This document shows positions 23,760-36,700 of a stretch of DNA of 64,000 nt, piece by piece (position 1 is the stretch's first letter; each line of letters starts with the position of its first letter). A model generated the notes under the pieces. It was given only the letters and a program-made list of their open reading frames with translations. It had not been told where the DNA came from and made no database searches. Made by a program: the position numbers and the translations under genes. This DNA is from Octopus sinensis (lineage: Eukaryota), in contig NC_043005.1 of NCBI RefSeq assembly GCF_006345805.1, positions 43,834,001-43,898,000 on the forward strand. The letters run 5' to 3'.

Positions 23760-24230
23760 TGACCAGAACCCGTGCCAGTGGAGCACTAAGAACACCATCC
23801 GAGCATGATCACTGCCAGAGCAGCTGACTGGCTTCCATGCTGGTGGCACGTAAAAAGCAACATTCAAATGGGATTGTTACCAGTGTCACCTTACTGGCAC
23901 TTCTGCTGGTGGTGCATGAAAAACATTTGAGTGAAGTCGTTGCCAGTCCTTCTGGACTGGCTCCTGTTCAGGTGGCATGTAAAAAACACCACATGTACGT
24001 GGCCATTGCCAGTACCACCTGACTGACCCTCGTGCCGGTGGCACATAAAAGCACCCACTACACTCTCGGAGTGGTCGGCGTTAAGAAGGGCATCCAGCTA
24101 TAGAAACTCTGCCAGATCAGATTGGAGCCTGGTGCAGCCTTCTGGCTTGCCAGTCCTCAGTCAAATCGTCAAACCCATGCTAGCATGGAAAGCGGACGTT
24201 AAACAATGATGATGATGATGATGATGATTG
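23760..24230 (+). mobile_element. RTE 3' UTR with diverged ~63-bp units and (GAT)n tail
   Basis: Homologous to 11545-12060. Confidence 0.8.
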
Positions 24231-24789
24231 ACTGCTTTATGACTGAGTTGGCAGAGTTGTTAGTGCACTGTATAAAATGCTTAGTGGTATTGCATCTGAC
24301 TTTATGCTCTGATTTCAAATTCCACTTAGATCAACTTTGCCTTTCAGCCTTTTGGAGTCAATAAAATAAGTACCAGTTGAGCAATGGACTCCATGTAATT
24401 GACTTCCCCCACCACTCAAAATTGCAGACCTCATGCCAAGATTAGAAACGGATAATATTGGACAAAACCTGATTTAAACTTACTATGAGAGTTTCTGTGT
24501 GGGTAGCAAATTTGTATAGGTAACATAGCAATAACTAAGAGCTGACTGATGACTGACCTTTCTGGCAAAACAGTCAGTAAGCTACTCTTTCCTCTTTTAA
24601 GCAAATTGGTCTTTGAATGCTTGTGATGACCATGGGCAAGGCCATTTCCTCAAAATCCAGCCTTTAAACAAATAAAATAATAAATAATTTTGACAGCTGT
24701 CCAATTGACACCCTTCAACAATTGTTGATGGTTAGCCATATCTCACTGAGAACACATCAAAATCAGACTTGCTAATTCTCTTGCTCCCC

Positions 24790-25960
24790 TACTGAAGTCC
24801 AATACTCATGTTGAAAGGTTTCAACTTAGCACCATTTTTACCCAATACAAACATTTGGGCCATTCATACAGAAACTTCAAGGCAACCAGAAAATGCCCAA
24901 TGATTTCAAATTCTTGCAAAATCATATCTCCATGTACCCGGATGTGCTGTGGAGGGTTTTGCAGGAGTTTGAGATCAATAGGCAACCAACCTTTATTTGC
25001 CATGAAGTCCCTATACAAACACTCAAGTAGTGTTTGTTTGAATAAATAGTGCTAGGTTGAGACCTTTCAATATGGGTGTTAAGCTTCAATGGTGCTGCGT
25101 TTTGTCACCTCTCCTTTTCATAATTTCTATGAACTGGATTTACATGTACGGCTGTTGTGGAAGTGATATCATTGCATTCAGTGGGTGTATGCTCTGTCAG
25201 CTGACGTCTGCAGATAATATTGTGCTACTTGGCTTATCAGGAGGTAATGGCCAGCATGCATTAAATGAGTTCACAGCTGAGAGTTGCAAGACTTGGATGA
25301 GAATAAGTATTGCAAAGAATGTGACATTGATCCTCTTCAGAAAGTCTTCTCAGTATAACATCACTGAGAATGTAGAGAAGTACCTTTGGGTCATATTCAT
25401 GAATGATGGGAAGCAAGAGGCTAAAATGGATGCTGGAATTGCAGATCCAGCATCTACAGTGATGTGCCAGCTTTGGCATTCAATCCTCAGAAGAGGAGAG
25501 GTTAGTAAAATACCAAACCAGCTATCTTCAGTTCAGTTCAGTTCAGTTTCCATGCCTATCCTCACTCTGGTCATATATGTTGGGAAATGACTGAAAGTGT
25601 ATGATTGTGAATACAAGCAACTGAAATGGGATCACTCAGCAGCTCAGAGATCAGGGTGGGATGGTCTTAGCAGGTCAAACCATTAATTCTCTGCATCGAG
25701 AGGTCACAGCTCCAGTTCTACGAACCTGTCGCTAAAATTCCACAGAAAAGGATCACAAGACAGATTCTACAAGACAAATCAATTAGCAGAAGAACTAGGG
25801 GGTAGACCAGGAATGAAATAGTTGGATAAAAGCCATAGTTTCAGTTAGTCCCCTTTTGGAATCCAGCAGTAAAATTTAATGATGGTTGCTTTTGATAGGA
25901 ACCTATAGAGGAGGTGCCTGTGGACTCTGTCCCCACAACCCTCCTAAGACTAGCAGGCAC
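24790..25960. mobile_element. Old RTE-like RT remnant: 24790-25040 (-) plus 25057-25960 (+)
   Basis: Plus part reads RPFNMGVKL.W.CVLSPLLFII...SADNIVLL...YLWVIF...G. Minus part reads KPFNMSIGLQ and upstream RT-like sequence. Confidence 0.55.
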
Positions 25961-26449
25961 AGAAAATGGATGGACACATCAAAACCAGACTTAGGGAGTT
26001 TAAAATGACAATAACCAATTGTCCCTGACTAAACATTCTATAATAGTTATTTGACAACATGGTTAGAGAACATAGCTGATAAGGGTTGTCTCAAGTAGAA
26101 AGGAAACCCCTCTTATGGATAGCTGATAAATAGTTTTGTAACTTAACACACGGTTGCATTGATAAAAAGGTAAGGCTGGTGGATAACTAGAAAGCTGTAA
26201 GTAGCTGATCACAGGACGAATTGTTAAAGCGTTAGACAAAACACATTGTGATACTTCTTCTAAATCAGTACGCTTGAAATTCAAATCGTGTCACATTCAG
26301 CCTTATCTTTCCAGCGTCGATAAAATAAAGAACCAGTGAAGTAAGTACTAGGGGAGTACTGATCAACTGAATACTCTCTTGCCCAAATTTTTAACCTTGA
26401 GCTTATGTTAAGAAACAGTACATGTGTACGTTTACATGTGACAGTGAAG

Positions 26450-26900
26450 GCGCATGGATAGAATATTTGGTTCACAACCATAAGACCGTGAGTTCGACTC
26501 TCGAAGGTGCGGGGTATCCTTGAGCAAGACTCATTATTTTACGTTGCTTCAGTTCACTCAGCTGGCGAAATTGTATCTGTATTTCAAAGGATCAGCCTTG
26601 CCACATTCTGTGTCACGCTGAATCTCTCTAACACACAGCAACTCAATTTTTCGCCATCACTTTCAAGGGATTTGGAATAGTTATCACATTACAGAACTGT
26701 CTTCATTTAAATACAACACAGTTCCTTTGACATCCGTGACTTGAGCAAGGATATTACCAAAGCATAATAAACAGAAGCCTTACAGTAAGGGTAAGCGTAT
26801 CTGTGGATTGCTCAGCCACTTGTACGTTAATTTCCCAAGCAGGCTGTTCTGTTGATCGGATCAGCCGGAACCCTCGTCGTCGTAATTGACGGAGTGCCAT
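26450..26900 (+). mobile_element. SINE family B with a ~154-bp insert (26629-26782)
   Basis: Flanks align to the 13086 copy. The insert matches 23522-23703. Confidence 0.85.
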
Positions 26901-26949
26901 TTAAGTTAAGAAGATAAGAATTTGGGGCCTGCCTGGCAATTAATAATTT

Positions 26950-28050
26950 CATAGCTAGAGAAGATGAATCTCGACTTCGCCATTCCGTTGTATAACCCTC
27001 GACCTCTCACTTCAGCCAAGAGTAATGTGAAATTTTAGATGACGCATTGTAAACACTGTCTGCCAAATATACGAATGCAGTCGAAAATTACAGGCATGAT
27101 AAACATGAGAGACAGAAGCAATGTAGGACGTTTTGTTGAAGAGGAAGTTAGAGACGATTAACAAATTTCGCCTTTTTGTTTTTCTCTCGTTTACTGTAAA
27201 TAAAAATTAAATGACCAAACACACTATTGTTATTATTTATTCGGTTATTAAACAACAAGACATACACGGATGATACATAAATATATTTCTGCGTGCATGT
27301 GTATCAGTCAGCGTAAACGAGCATAAATAAATAAATAAACGGCCGATAATCTATAACAACATAAATATATAAACAAGCATCAACATAAATAAATATATAA
27401 ATAAATAAACGATTGACAAACAACAACATAAACAAATAACGACTGACACACAACAACAACATAAACAAATAAATAAATAAAAAACAAACATCAACATCAT
27501 CATCAACAACAACGACAATAAAAGAAAAACATTGTTCGAAGAGGTCACTGGCGTTCCGGAAGTAATACCTTTTACCTATGCATTGTGGGTAAGATCGGTG
27601 GCCAGTAACTTGTTTTGGTTATTTCGGCTTCACACAAATGTTTGATGGCTCTTGTACCTCTTTTTATTTATCGGTCCATTTATCTCTCTCCCGTCTATTA
27701 TCGCTATATCTCCTCCTTCACTTGAGTTTCTCTTCGCCCCTCTTTTAAACCTTTCCTTGGTTTATTCGGGTTTGAAGACGGACACAAATCTTTTTCTTTT
27801 CCCGACCGTTTTATTTTGTATTATTTCTTCAGCCGTCTCAATACCAAACAGAAAAAAAAAAAAGAAGTAGGGGATAAAAAGAAAAAAGAAAGAAAAGATA
27901 TATATATATATATATTATACATATATATATATATATTTTTTACTTGTACACACGAAAGAGCAAAAACAGAAAAAAAAAACCCCCGACTTTTTACAAGAAA
28001 TTCTAACACTTTTTCGTAATGATGATCAGTTATTGATGTAAGTGTGAGAC
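26950..28050. promoter_or_regulatory. Candidate (possibly bidirectional) promoter island
   Basis: Non-repeat sequence with visibly more CpG than its surroundings. ETS motif CCGGAAGT at 27556-27563; ZNF143/Staf-like TACCCACAATGCATAG on the minus strand at 27575-27590; plus-strand donor-like GTAAGT at 28038. Confidence 0.55.
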
Positions 28051-30186
28051 CTTTCAAACTGCTTATTTCATGCTTTCCACTTGTTTATTGCTGAAGCTAC
28101 AAAAACAACATTTAGTAATAATAATAATTATTATTATTTATAATTATAATCATTCAGTCGAATACTGACTGGAAAAAAAAAAGTTTTTATTTAACATATC
28201 TATTTTATAAGAATTCTTGTGAATTATTTTCAGACGGGGTTGAAGGAAAACTTAATTCCAGAGTATTGAAATGTACACAAGCAGAACGGGCCAACTGTTT
28301 TATATATATTGCGCATTAAAAATATTAAACGTATTTATGTGTATTATTTAAACTAACTTATTGATACTTTTAGTGTATGCATATATATAGTAAAGGATGG
28401 TTTTCTTCAGTGGATGGTATGTTGTAATCTCTCGGTTTGTTTCATCGGTGCATCTATTTTTTATTATCATTGTATTTTATTTTTTCATTTGTCAGCCCCT
28501 TCTTTTTCCTTCCTTGAAATATCTCCACCTGACACTGTTTTTGCTACGAACTGCTATGTTTTGAACGAATATATTTGCCTCTGACTTCGACCATTCTCAT
28601 ACATACCTACATATATATATATATATATATCGCTTCTCTGTTATATATTTTACTCAGAATATTATAGGGCCGAAACATACATTTTTTTATACTCTATTTG
28701 GAATTTATTAGTGTCTAGTCACTGTCTTAAACTGTACCAAAAACACACACCCCACACTACATGCTGTATTTTCTACTTAAGTTGGGACATTTGAATTCGT
28801 ATTTCTCTTTCCACATGTTTCGATGGGCCCGAATGTACGAGTTTTAAAATTCAAATGTCTTCCTTCTTCACTTTAGCGACATCAAAGCTATTTTTTTACA
28901 CTCGATTGTTTATGTATTTTATTATATTGTGTCATTCATAGAACATGTTCCAACATGTTCAAATGTATCCCATATTTAGAACTGAAAACGTGATGATACA
29001 CAAGCTTCTTAACTTCTGTTTACTTAAAAATAAAATCACATTTTCGTTTCATCACATCCATGATGACATCTTACCTATAGATAGTTATGTTTCTATTTAT
29101 TTAGCTTTTCAGTTATTTATTTATTCTCGCCATAACATGTGATGTCCATAAATTATAGACTACGTGTATACACTTCCATGGACTGGCTTTTGGATGTAGC
29201 TTTGAGTGGATTGGTTGATGTTTAGTCCCAAATCATTCCAGCTATGTCCACTTCGTCTTTTTAGGAGTATGTAGGATTACATTACTTAATATAGTCTTTC
29301 TCATATTTTAACAGTGTGATTTGAGGAAGATTTAGCTGCTATTTCTTGCTATTCGATTGACCACGTAAAGGCTCTCTCATTTGATGAATGAGATTTGGTA
29401 TTAGCTATTGTTTAGTCCTGCATTAATGTTCAAGGCATAGTGGTCCTGTCCCTTTCCACACCTAAAATTGTATCTGGCTACTATTTCTAGAGGTCAAGCG
29501 GTCGCATAGTGACTTCACATTGGCTCCATGATGGAGTTGTGAATGCTGGTGGTGCTGTACCAGAGTGGACACTTTAGCCTATTTTTATATTCTCTTCAAT
29601 CTTTGCAGTGTAGGTTTTAATAATTCTGTCCTACTCCTTAGTTCAAGAAATAGCAATGGATCTCATTCGCCAGCCAACTTTGTTTATCGGACATTCTATT
29701 GCATTGGCACCGTTTCGTTGTTATTTACATAATCTAACTTAGCAACTGATGCTAGAAACATTTGTTTTTCGCTGATTATTGCTAATAAGCTTAATCATGT
29801 ATATTTTTTTGTTGAAAATAATTCAATTTTTGTATTCATATTCTATTACAGATGAGAATTGTTTTGCTACTGTTTTTCTTTTATAAAACTGTTATCGTCC
29901 TAGTTATTTTATTATTATTTTTATCAAACAAATACTGTCTTGTAGTGATGGTGATGTATAGTTTACAAGCGTATACATTTGTTTATAGATACCGTTTACA
30001 TTGCACACTTTAAACACTACCCTTTCTTTGGCAGTCAAGTAATAATAATGATAATAAAAAACTGCTTAAAGGCCCCTATTATGTCCTTAAAAACTTTCAC
30101 AGAAATCCAAAGGTGTACATTTTAGTTTAAATGAATGAACAAGCTAATATTAGTACATACATAGAGCACACACATGTGTGTATGGA

Positions 30187-30254
<68 letters not shown>

Positions 30255-30257
<3 letters not shown>

Positions 30258-30450
30258 GTGGGGGTGCTGAAAAGTGCCTGGTTTTAAGGGTATCATGAAA
30301 GGCCTGGTTAGAGGCCCAACCTCCCAACTTCTTTTACAGGGCTTAGAAAAAGTGAAGAACCGCTGCAATAAGTGTGTTAATCTGAGAGGGAGAATATGTT
30401 GAATAAGAATCATAATCAACTGATTCTCCTGTATTTTCTTTTACCCAAAG
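30255..30450 (+). mobile_element. Mariner-derived non-autonomous element
   Basis: GLEKVKNRCNKCVNLRG-EYVE resembles a mariner C-terminus. End GGGGTGCTGAAAAGT; the matching 3' end recurs at 50575-50640. Confidence 0.65.
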
Positions 30451-31093
30451 CCTCTCGTGTATGTGCACATGCACACATATATAAGGAATGTATTTATTAT
30501 TTAGCACATTTGTTTATGCACAGGCATGGAACCAGGCTCACTAGGATTTAATCTGAGAACAACTTCTTCCTTGGAACTTTTTGTGTTAAAAATGTACACT
30601 CCAAATAATGACAACAGACAGTCAGACACTGATGTTTCAGTATGATTTCACCTGTTCAGTGATGGACTCAGATTCAGCCATGTGGATCTAGCTAGGAGCT
30701 TCTGCTTCTATATAGAAATCAGAAACCACAAAACATTTGCTGATGTGTGTGAAAGCTTGCAAGAATTTCTGTTAAATTGGTATGCTCACTTGAAATCAAA
30801 TGTAATGTTCATTTATCTTCATTGTTTTGAATTAATCATGTCTTATTTTGTAGCTTGAAGATTTTGAAGATGTCATTGTCTATTTTTAAAACAACATTGT
30901 AGGGTAGACGTAAGAGGCTGGATCTGGCCATTTTGAACATAGAACAGATAGAATAATTTAGCCAGTTTAGATACCAAATGGGTTAAAGTAGTGGTGTGCA
31001 CATCATTTATATGTTTATGTAAATGCAAGCATGGAATGATGAAGGCTGTGAGATTTGCTCTTGGAAAACAACTTTTACTAAGAAACCCTGTGT

Positions 31094-31236
31094 TTATATA
31101 TATATATAAGAATTTTTTACGTAATAAGATAAAAAACCAAGGCTGTGTAGATATTAGAGCATTCTATCTATAAATGCTCTAATATCTACACAGCGTTGTT
31201 TTTTTTATCTTATTATGCAAAAAATTTTTTATATAT
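31094..31236. repeat. (TA)n-flanked foldback with ~55-bp arms
   Basis: ...TAATAAGATAAAAAACCAAGGCTGTGTAGATATTAGAGCATT - CTATCTATA - AATGCTCTAATATCTACACAGCGTTGTTTTTTTTATCTTATTA... Confidence 0.8.
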
Positions 31237-31387
31237 ACACACGCTGACATAGAACCAACGTTGAACCCTTTATTCGCAATATTACCGAATCTGGAGCTTA
31301 ACTATGGTCTGACTATAGCACTTATTCAGCATTACCTGACACCTTTGGCTCTCAATGACACCATTATCTCTTTTATATATATATATA

Positions 31388-31745
31388 TAGTGGTTGTCTA
31401 CTCCTTATGCAGGGTCTAACCACCTCTTGTACTTACACTTCAGAGCCATCATGGGGTCTGATGTAGCTTTTTAAACCAGACAATATGTTGAAAAGACACC
31501 CACATAGATTGCATATCTGATTTGGACCACCAAGAGCTGCAGTTAAGTTATGATGTTTGTTGATCTTAAAATGTCTTTTGAGGCCTCCACTAGAATTGCA
31601 GACCTTATTGCATACACGGCATTGACAAGCGTGCACAGACATAGTTGGTGGAGATTCAATTTTCATGGGTCCACAAATAAGACTTGATCCTGGCAAAAGA
31701 AAGGTATGGTCTGTGACAAACTGTGTACACAAAAAGGTTGCTGCA
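31388..31745 (-). mobile_element. Second copy of the zinc-finger LINE 3' end
   Basis: [23 protein letters not shown]...CNLCGCLFNILSGLKSYIRPH. Confidence 0.6.
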
Positions 31746-31829
31746 ATAGACACATGTATACACATCCACACAAACATATGTATACATATATATAAATATA
31801 CATATTTATGTATGTGTGTGTGTGTATAT

Positions 31830-32564
31830 ATCATCATCATCATTTAACGCCTACTTTCCATGCTAGCATGGATTGGATAATTTGACAGGACTGGCGAACC
31901 AGATGGCTGCACCAGGCTCCAATCTGATCCTGCAGAGTTTCTGCAGCTGGATGCCCTTCCTAACGCCGACCACTCCGAGAGTGTAGTGGGTGCTTTTACG
32001 TGCCAGTTAGGCAGTACTGCCATCGGCCACGCTTAAGCTGTGTTTTTTACATGCCACCTGCACAGGAATCAGTCCAGCGGCACTGGCAACAACCTTGCTC
32101 GAATGTTTTGTTCACATACCAGTAAGGCGATGCTGGTAATGATCATGCTCAAATGGTGCTTTTTACGTGCCACTGGCATAGAAGCCAGACAGCTGCTCTG
32201 ACAGTGACCCCACTCGGATTGAGCTGTTAGCGCTCCACTGGCATGGGTACCAGTCATCAAATTTGGTTCAATTTCGATTTCACTTGCCTCAACAGGTCTT
32301 CGCAAGCTGAGTTTTGTGTGCAAAGAAGGAAAGGTACGCATAAGTGGGCTGGCTACACCCCTGGTAAAGGCCACGGGTTATGGTTTCACTTGTCTTGTCA
32401 GGTCTTCTAATGCACAGCATATTTTCTAAGGTCTCGGTCGCTAGTCATTGCCTTGGTGAGGGCTAATGTTCAAAGGTCATGCTTCACCACCTCATCTTAA
32501 GTCTTCCTGGGTCTACCTCTTCCACAGGTTCCCTCAAATGCTAGGGTGTGGCACTTTTTCACAA

Positions 32565-32572
<8 letters not shown>
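31830..32572 (-). mobile_element. RTE LINE 3' end
   Basis: VKKCHTLAFEGTCGRGRPRKT...DEVVKHDL, then 3' UTR units and a (GAT)n tail. Confidence 0.85.
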
Positions 32573-32612
<40 letters not shown>

Positions 32613-32615
<3 letters not shown>

Positions 32616-33735
32616 CTCTCTGTAGTTTCAGCTCAGATCTGTGACCATGCTTATGCACCGCCATTTTGCTACTGAGAGCCTCCTCCAATATGTGGCACTT
32701 GGTGTAGAATGGAGTTAGATGTAGCTACCCTCATTTGCACCTCTTGCTATGAGGTAGGTTCATCTTTGGACTCTTGACAGGAAGTGGTCTAGCCATGACT
32801 TAAGAATGCCTACATCTACTTTGTGCAGGTTCCTCAGGCTCTTTGGGAGAATATTAAAAGTCTTTGGGCCCCTGAAACCCAGGGTGTTGCAATAACTGGT
32901 CCTCAAGTGCGATTGCGTTGCTGGGACCATTGGTACTATGCAGTCTCAACCTGTTCTGGTATTGGTATAGATTTCTGTGCCAAAATTTGGCACAATTCCT
33001 TCCAGATCTATAGTACTGCATACCTCTCTCGCCTTTGCTCCAGAGAGTAGAGTCTTAGCTGTTTCAGCCTTTCCCAGTAGCTGTCAAGTTGCAAAGAGAC
33101 GATCTTCTTTGTGAAGCTTTGCTGGATTGCTTCTAGGTCCGCTGTTAATTTTGCACTGCTGGGTGACCATAGCTGGGAGCAGTAATCCAGGCAGCTGAGG
33201 ACAAATGTCCTCCATAGGACCATCATGGTTTCCTTATCTCTGGTTCTGAATGTTCTCAGGATCCATCCAGCCAGTCTGCACTTTGTCACCATCCTGGTAA
33301 TATGCACTTGGAAAGTGGTATTATCACTCATGTCGATACCCATGTCCCTCACTGATTTAGTCTCTGGGATTGAAATTTCCTGTGGACCAGTGTACCCTGT
33401 AAGTTTCATATTCAGTTTTGGCCGCTGGTAGTGCAGGGCTTGGAATTTTTCTGCATTTGAGTGCATATTATTATCCTCAGCCCATCTGTAAATTGAGTCC
33501 AACTCCTGCTGCAGATTTGCATCATCACTGGGGTTCTGTATTTTCTGAGAGACTTTTGTATTGTCTGCATAGCTAGTAAGGGTGGCTATCTAGGCAGTTG
33601 AGGGCATATCTGGGAGGGCCACAATAAAAAGCAGTGGTCCCAAGACAGTGCCCTGTGGAACACCGCTCACTATTTGTGTTTTCATTGAGGTGGCTCCATT
33701 AGCCACTACTGCCTGACTCCTATCTTTCAGAAAGT
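32613..33735 (-). mobile_element. CR1/L2-like LINE, RT C-terminal half to 3' end
   Basis: SGVPQGTVLGPLLFI...YADNTK...DSIYRWAEDNNM...RDMGIDMS...LDYCSQLWSP...LEAIQ...ERLKQLRLYSLEQRRERY. Confidence 0.92.
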
Positions 33736-36700
33736 AAGTTTCAGGAAATATATACCAGCTTGCATTTCAAATTCCTGTGAACATTAAATATTTATCTCTC
33801 ACTGGATGGGATCTTTTTTTTTTTGCTGATCCCTCTACTAAACAGAGCAATACACTGTATTTACATATAATCCCTACTGTCGAGAAACACTTGTTTCTGG
33901 TGCACCTAAAAGCAAAAATATACACCAATCTCCTTTATCTCAAAGATAGTCTTAAAATTTCGGTTTATGTTTATAAATCATTTTACAGTAAGCTTAGTAC
34001 TGGTAATAAATTCATAATAATTACTTTTTTTTTTTCTCTCTTTTTTCTTTTTCACCAGCTCAAGATATAGCAGCACTACTCTATTGGACTGTAACTGTTC
34101 TCATTTTTTTTTTCTGCAAATCTTTACTGTGACTACTGATCTAAAGAACTCCAGGTTAATATCCAACTCCCTGATTTTCTGCAGTCATTACCCAGGTAGC
34201 GATCCCTTTTTACTCTGTTTGTGATAGTGTGTATTGAATATTTCTCTGATGATATTATTATAGTGTACAATAATTTAAAACCAGCACTTCAGTTCTTTAT
34301 TTCTTTTCCATATTTACACCTTTTGGGTGTTTTGCATTGTGCTAAATCAGGTTGCCAGTGTTTGGCTATGATTAAGAATTACTAAAATGGTAAAAAAAAT
34401 ACTGGTTTTTGATAATCTTGTGTCCTATCAAAAACAGCTACTAGTTTTATATGATCTCTTGGAAAATTTAATTTCATATTTTACTTAAAATATTTTAGTA
34501 AGTTTTGATGGTAAAAGCTCAAGAAGTTGTATTAAATGTTGCAGGAATCCTTAAACATTGCTTGTCCTGAATTGGTATTTTTTTGTTCTGTTTTTATTGA
34601 CCTCAGAAATATGAAATGTGAAAGGCGAAGTTGGTTATGCTAAACAATATCACTGACAGGGACCTCAAGAGTTAATCTTTGTTGTATTAAAATCGTGTTA
34701 ATGTCTTTAAACGATCAAGTAACTATTAATATCAAACTACTTAATCTTTTGTTAGACAACTTTATCATATTGCTTACATTTATTTCTGTGTTACGTGAAT
34801 AACCTCTTTCGCAATGCTTTAGTCTACAGAGATCTATATAACAAATTGATACATTGATCATAGCCTTAGTTATCCTTCTAAAACCACTAAACTAGATTAT
34901 CTTTTCTATTTTTCAAATATCTTGTGCAATTCCTTATATAAATCTCTGTTGATCACTAGAAGCAATGGTTTACAGGACTCAATACAGATGTAGAGTATTC
35001 TTCAATACATCATAACTGAAAGGTTTCCATTTCCAGTACTCAGAATTGCTTGTTTCCAATGATTAGCCAATAAACTGAGCCTGGTTTTCTTTTGAATATC
35101 TCCTGTCTGAATATTTTCTGAAATATGAAATGAAAGTTTGAAGGAAATGCTTACCGTTATTTTCTTTTGTTCAGAAACCTTTGGGAACAACACATGCAAA
35201 AGTAGCTGCTTCATATACACATAGTTTTTGTTATATACACAAATACTCATAGTTTTTGAAATTACCCATTATATGAAACTTCTCTCAAATTCCATTAAAG
35301 GAACTTTAGAAGCTTTTACTCAGGTGTTAAATAAATTTTTGTGAAGTTTATTCTAGATTATTCAATTTTTTCCCCTCTAGTTCTGAAAATGTCTGCAGTC
35401 CTTTCTCATAAACATATTTGTCCAGATTACATTTCTTGCTACTCATGGTTCTATATCTAATAACTTCAAGATATATGCTTAAACGTTGTGTGAATGTTAC
35501 CAAAAGTAATTTTTGGAATCTTTCTTTCAATTGACCTTTTGATATCAACCTGCCTGAAACTACTCCTAGTTTTATAATATGTTTCTAAATTAGAGCAATC
35601 TAAAGTAAAACCTTCCTTCAATGGGTCTTCCTGTTAATGTTTCAAACAGTCATTTAACCCTTAGGAGCTGACAGGGCTGGTTTATCAACTGAAAAGTTGA
35701 CTGATGAAGAAAATTGTATTAGTTAATTCAGTTTTCTACAAGAATATATATAGTTTTATATATGTAAAGTAATTACTTTATTTCTATAATTCTTTTTTAA
35801 AAACAAGTGCATGCCCCCCATAGGGCTTGTGAAAAGGGCTCCGTCTTCTTGGCACTAAAACTCCAGATGAGGCTCCTGTCTCCAAAGCATTAATAGTGAC
35901 AAAGTTATTTTATTATATACTTCTTTATTTAAAATAAACTGACGCAAAAGCAGCATATTTCAACAGAAATATAATGAAAGGTTTAAAATAAAGAGAGGCT
36001 GTAGAAAGAATTTAGTAAACTATGATGTTTGGTGAATACTTTACAACAGGCATGGACAACCTTTATCAAGAAGTGGGCCATAGGAGACATGGCTCATCAT
36101 CAGGTGGGCTGCACTAGTTAGGTGTGCCATTCACAAGGCCCCATAGATCACAGTTTGCCCATAACTGCTTTACAGTTCCCTATATGAGAACTGATCTTAT
36201 GTTTGATTCCTGTTAGGATTTTCTTTGATTTATCTGCTTGATTTTGTATCTGGATAGTGGCAATCAATGGTCTAGAGAGGCTAAGGAGAGACCCATGAAT
36301 ATCTGACTGGCCTCCTTCTCAAAAGCAAATAAATAAATGACTTCAAGGTCTTCTTGAATTTTGAAAGGAACCCCACTTCCCAGTCCCCAAAATAGTCTTG
36401 TTTTGCCCTGTAGTATTTCTCTTGTAGGCCCTAGTCAGATATACTATTCTGCTTAATATTATCTAATAAAGACTTATCTGGAGAGAAACCTAACAACGAT
36501 AAATATTTGTAAAATGTAGACCTAAGTAAAATCACTCTGTATTCGATGACAACACCTCATTAAAGTGTTTACCAAGTAATATCAAAGGGTTGACCAACAG
36601 CAACCATATTTCTGAATTCCTGGCTTACATGTCTGTTCCCTTGTCTTTGACTGTGTAATATATTTTATTATGCATTTAAAAGTTGAGGACTAGGTGGTGA

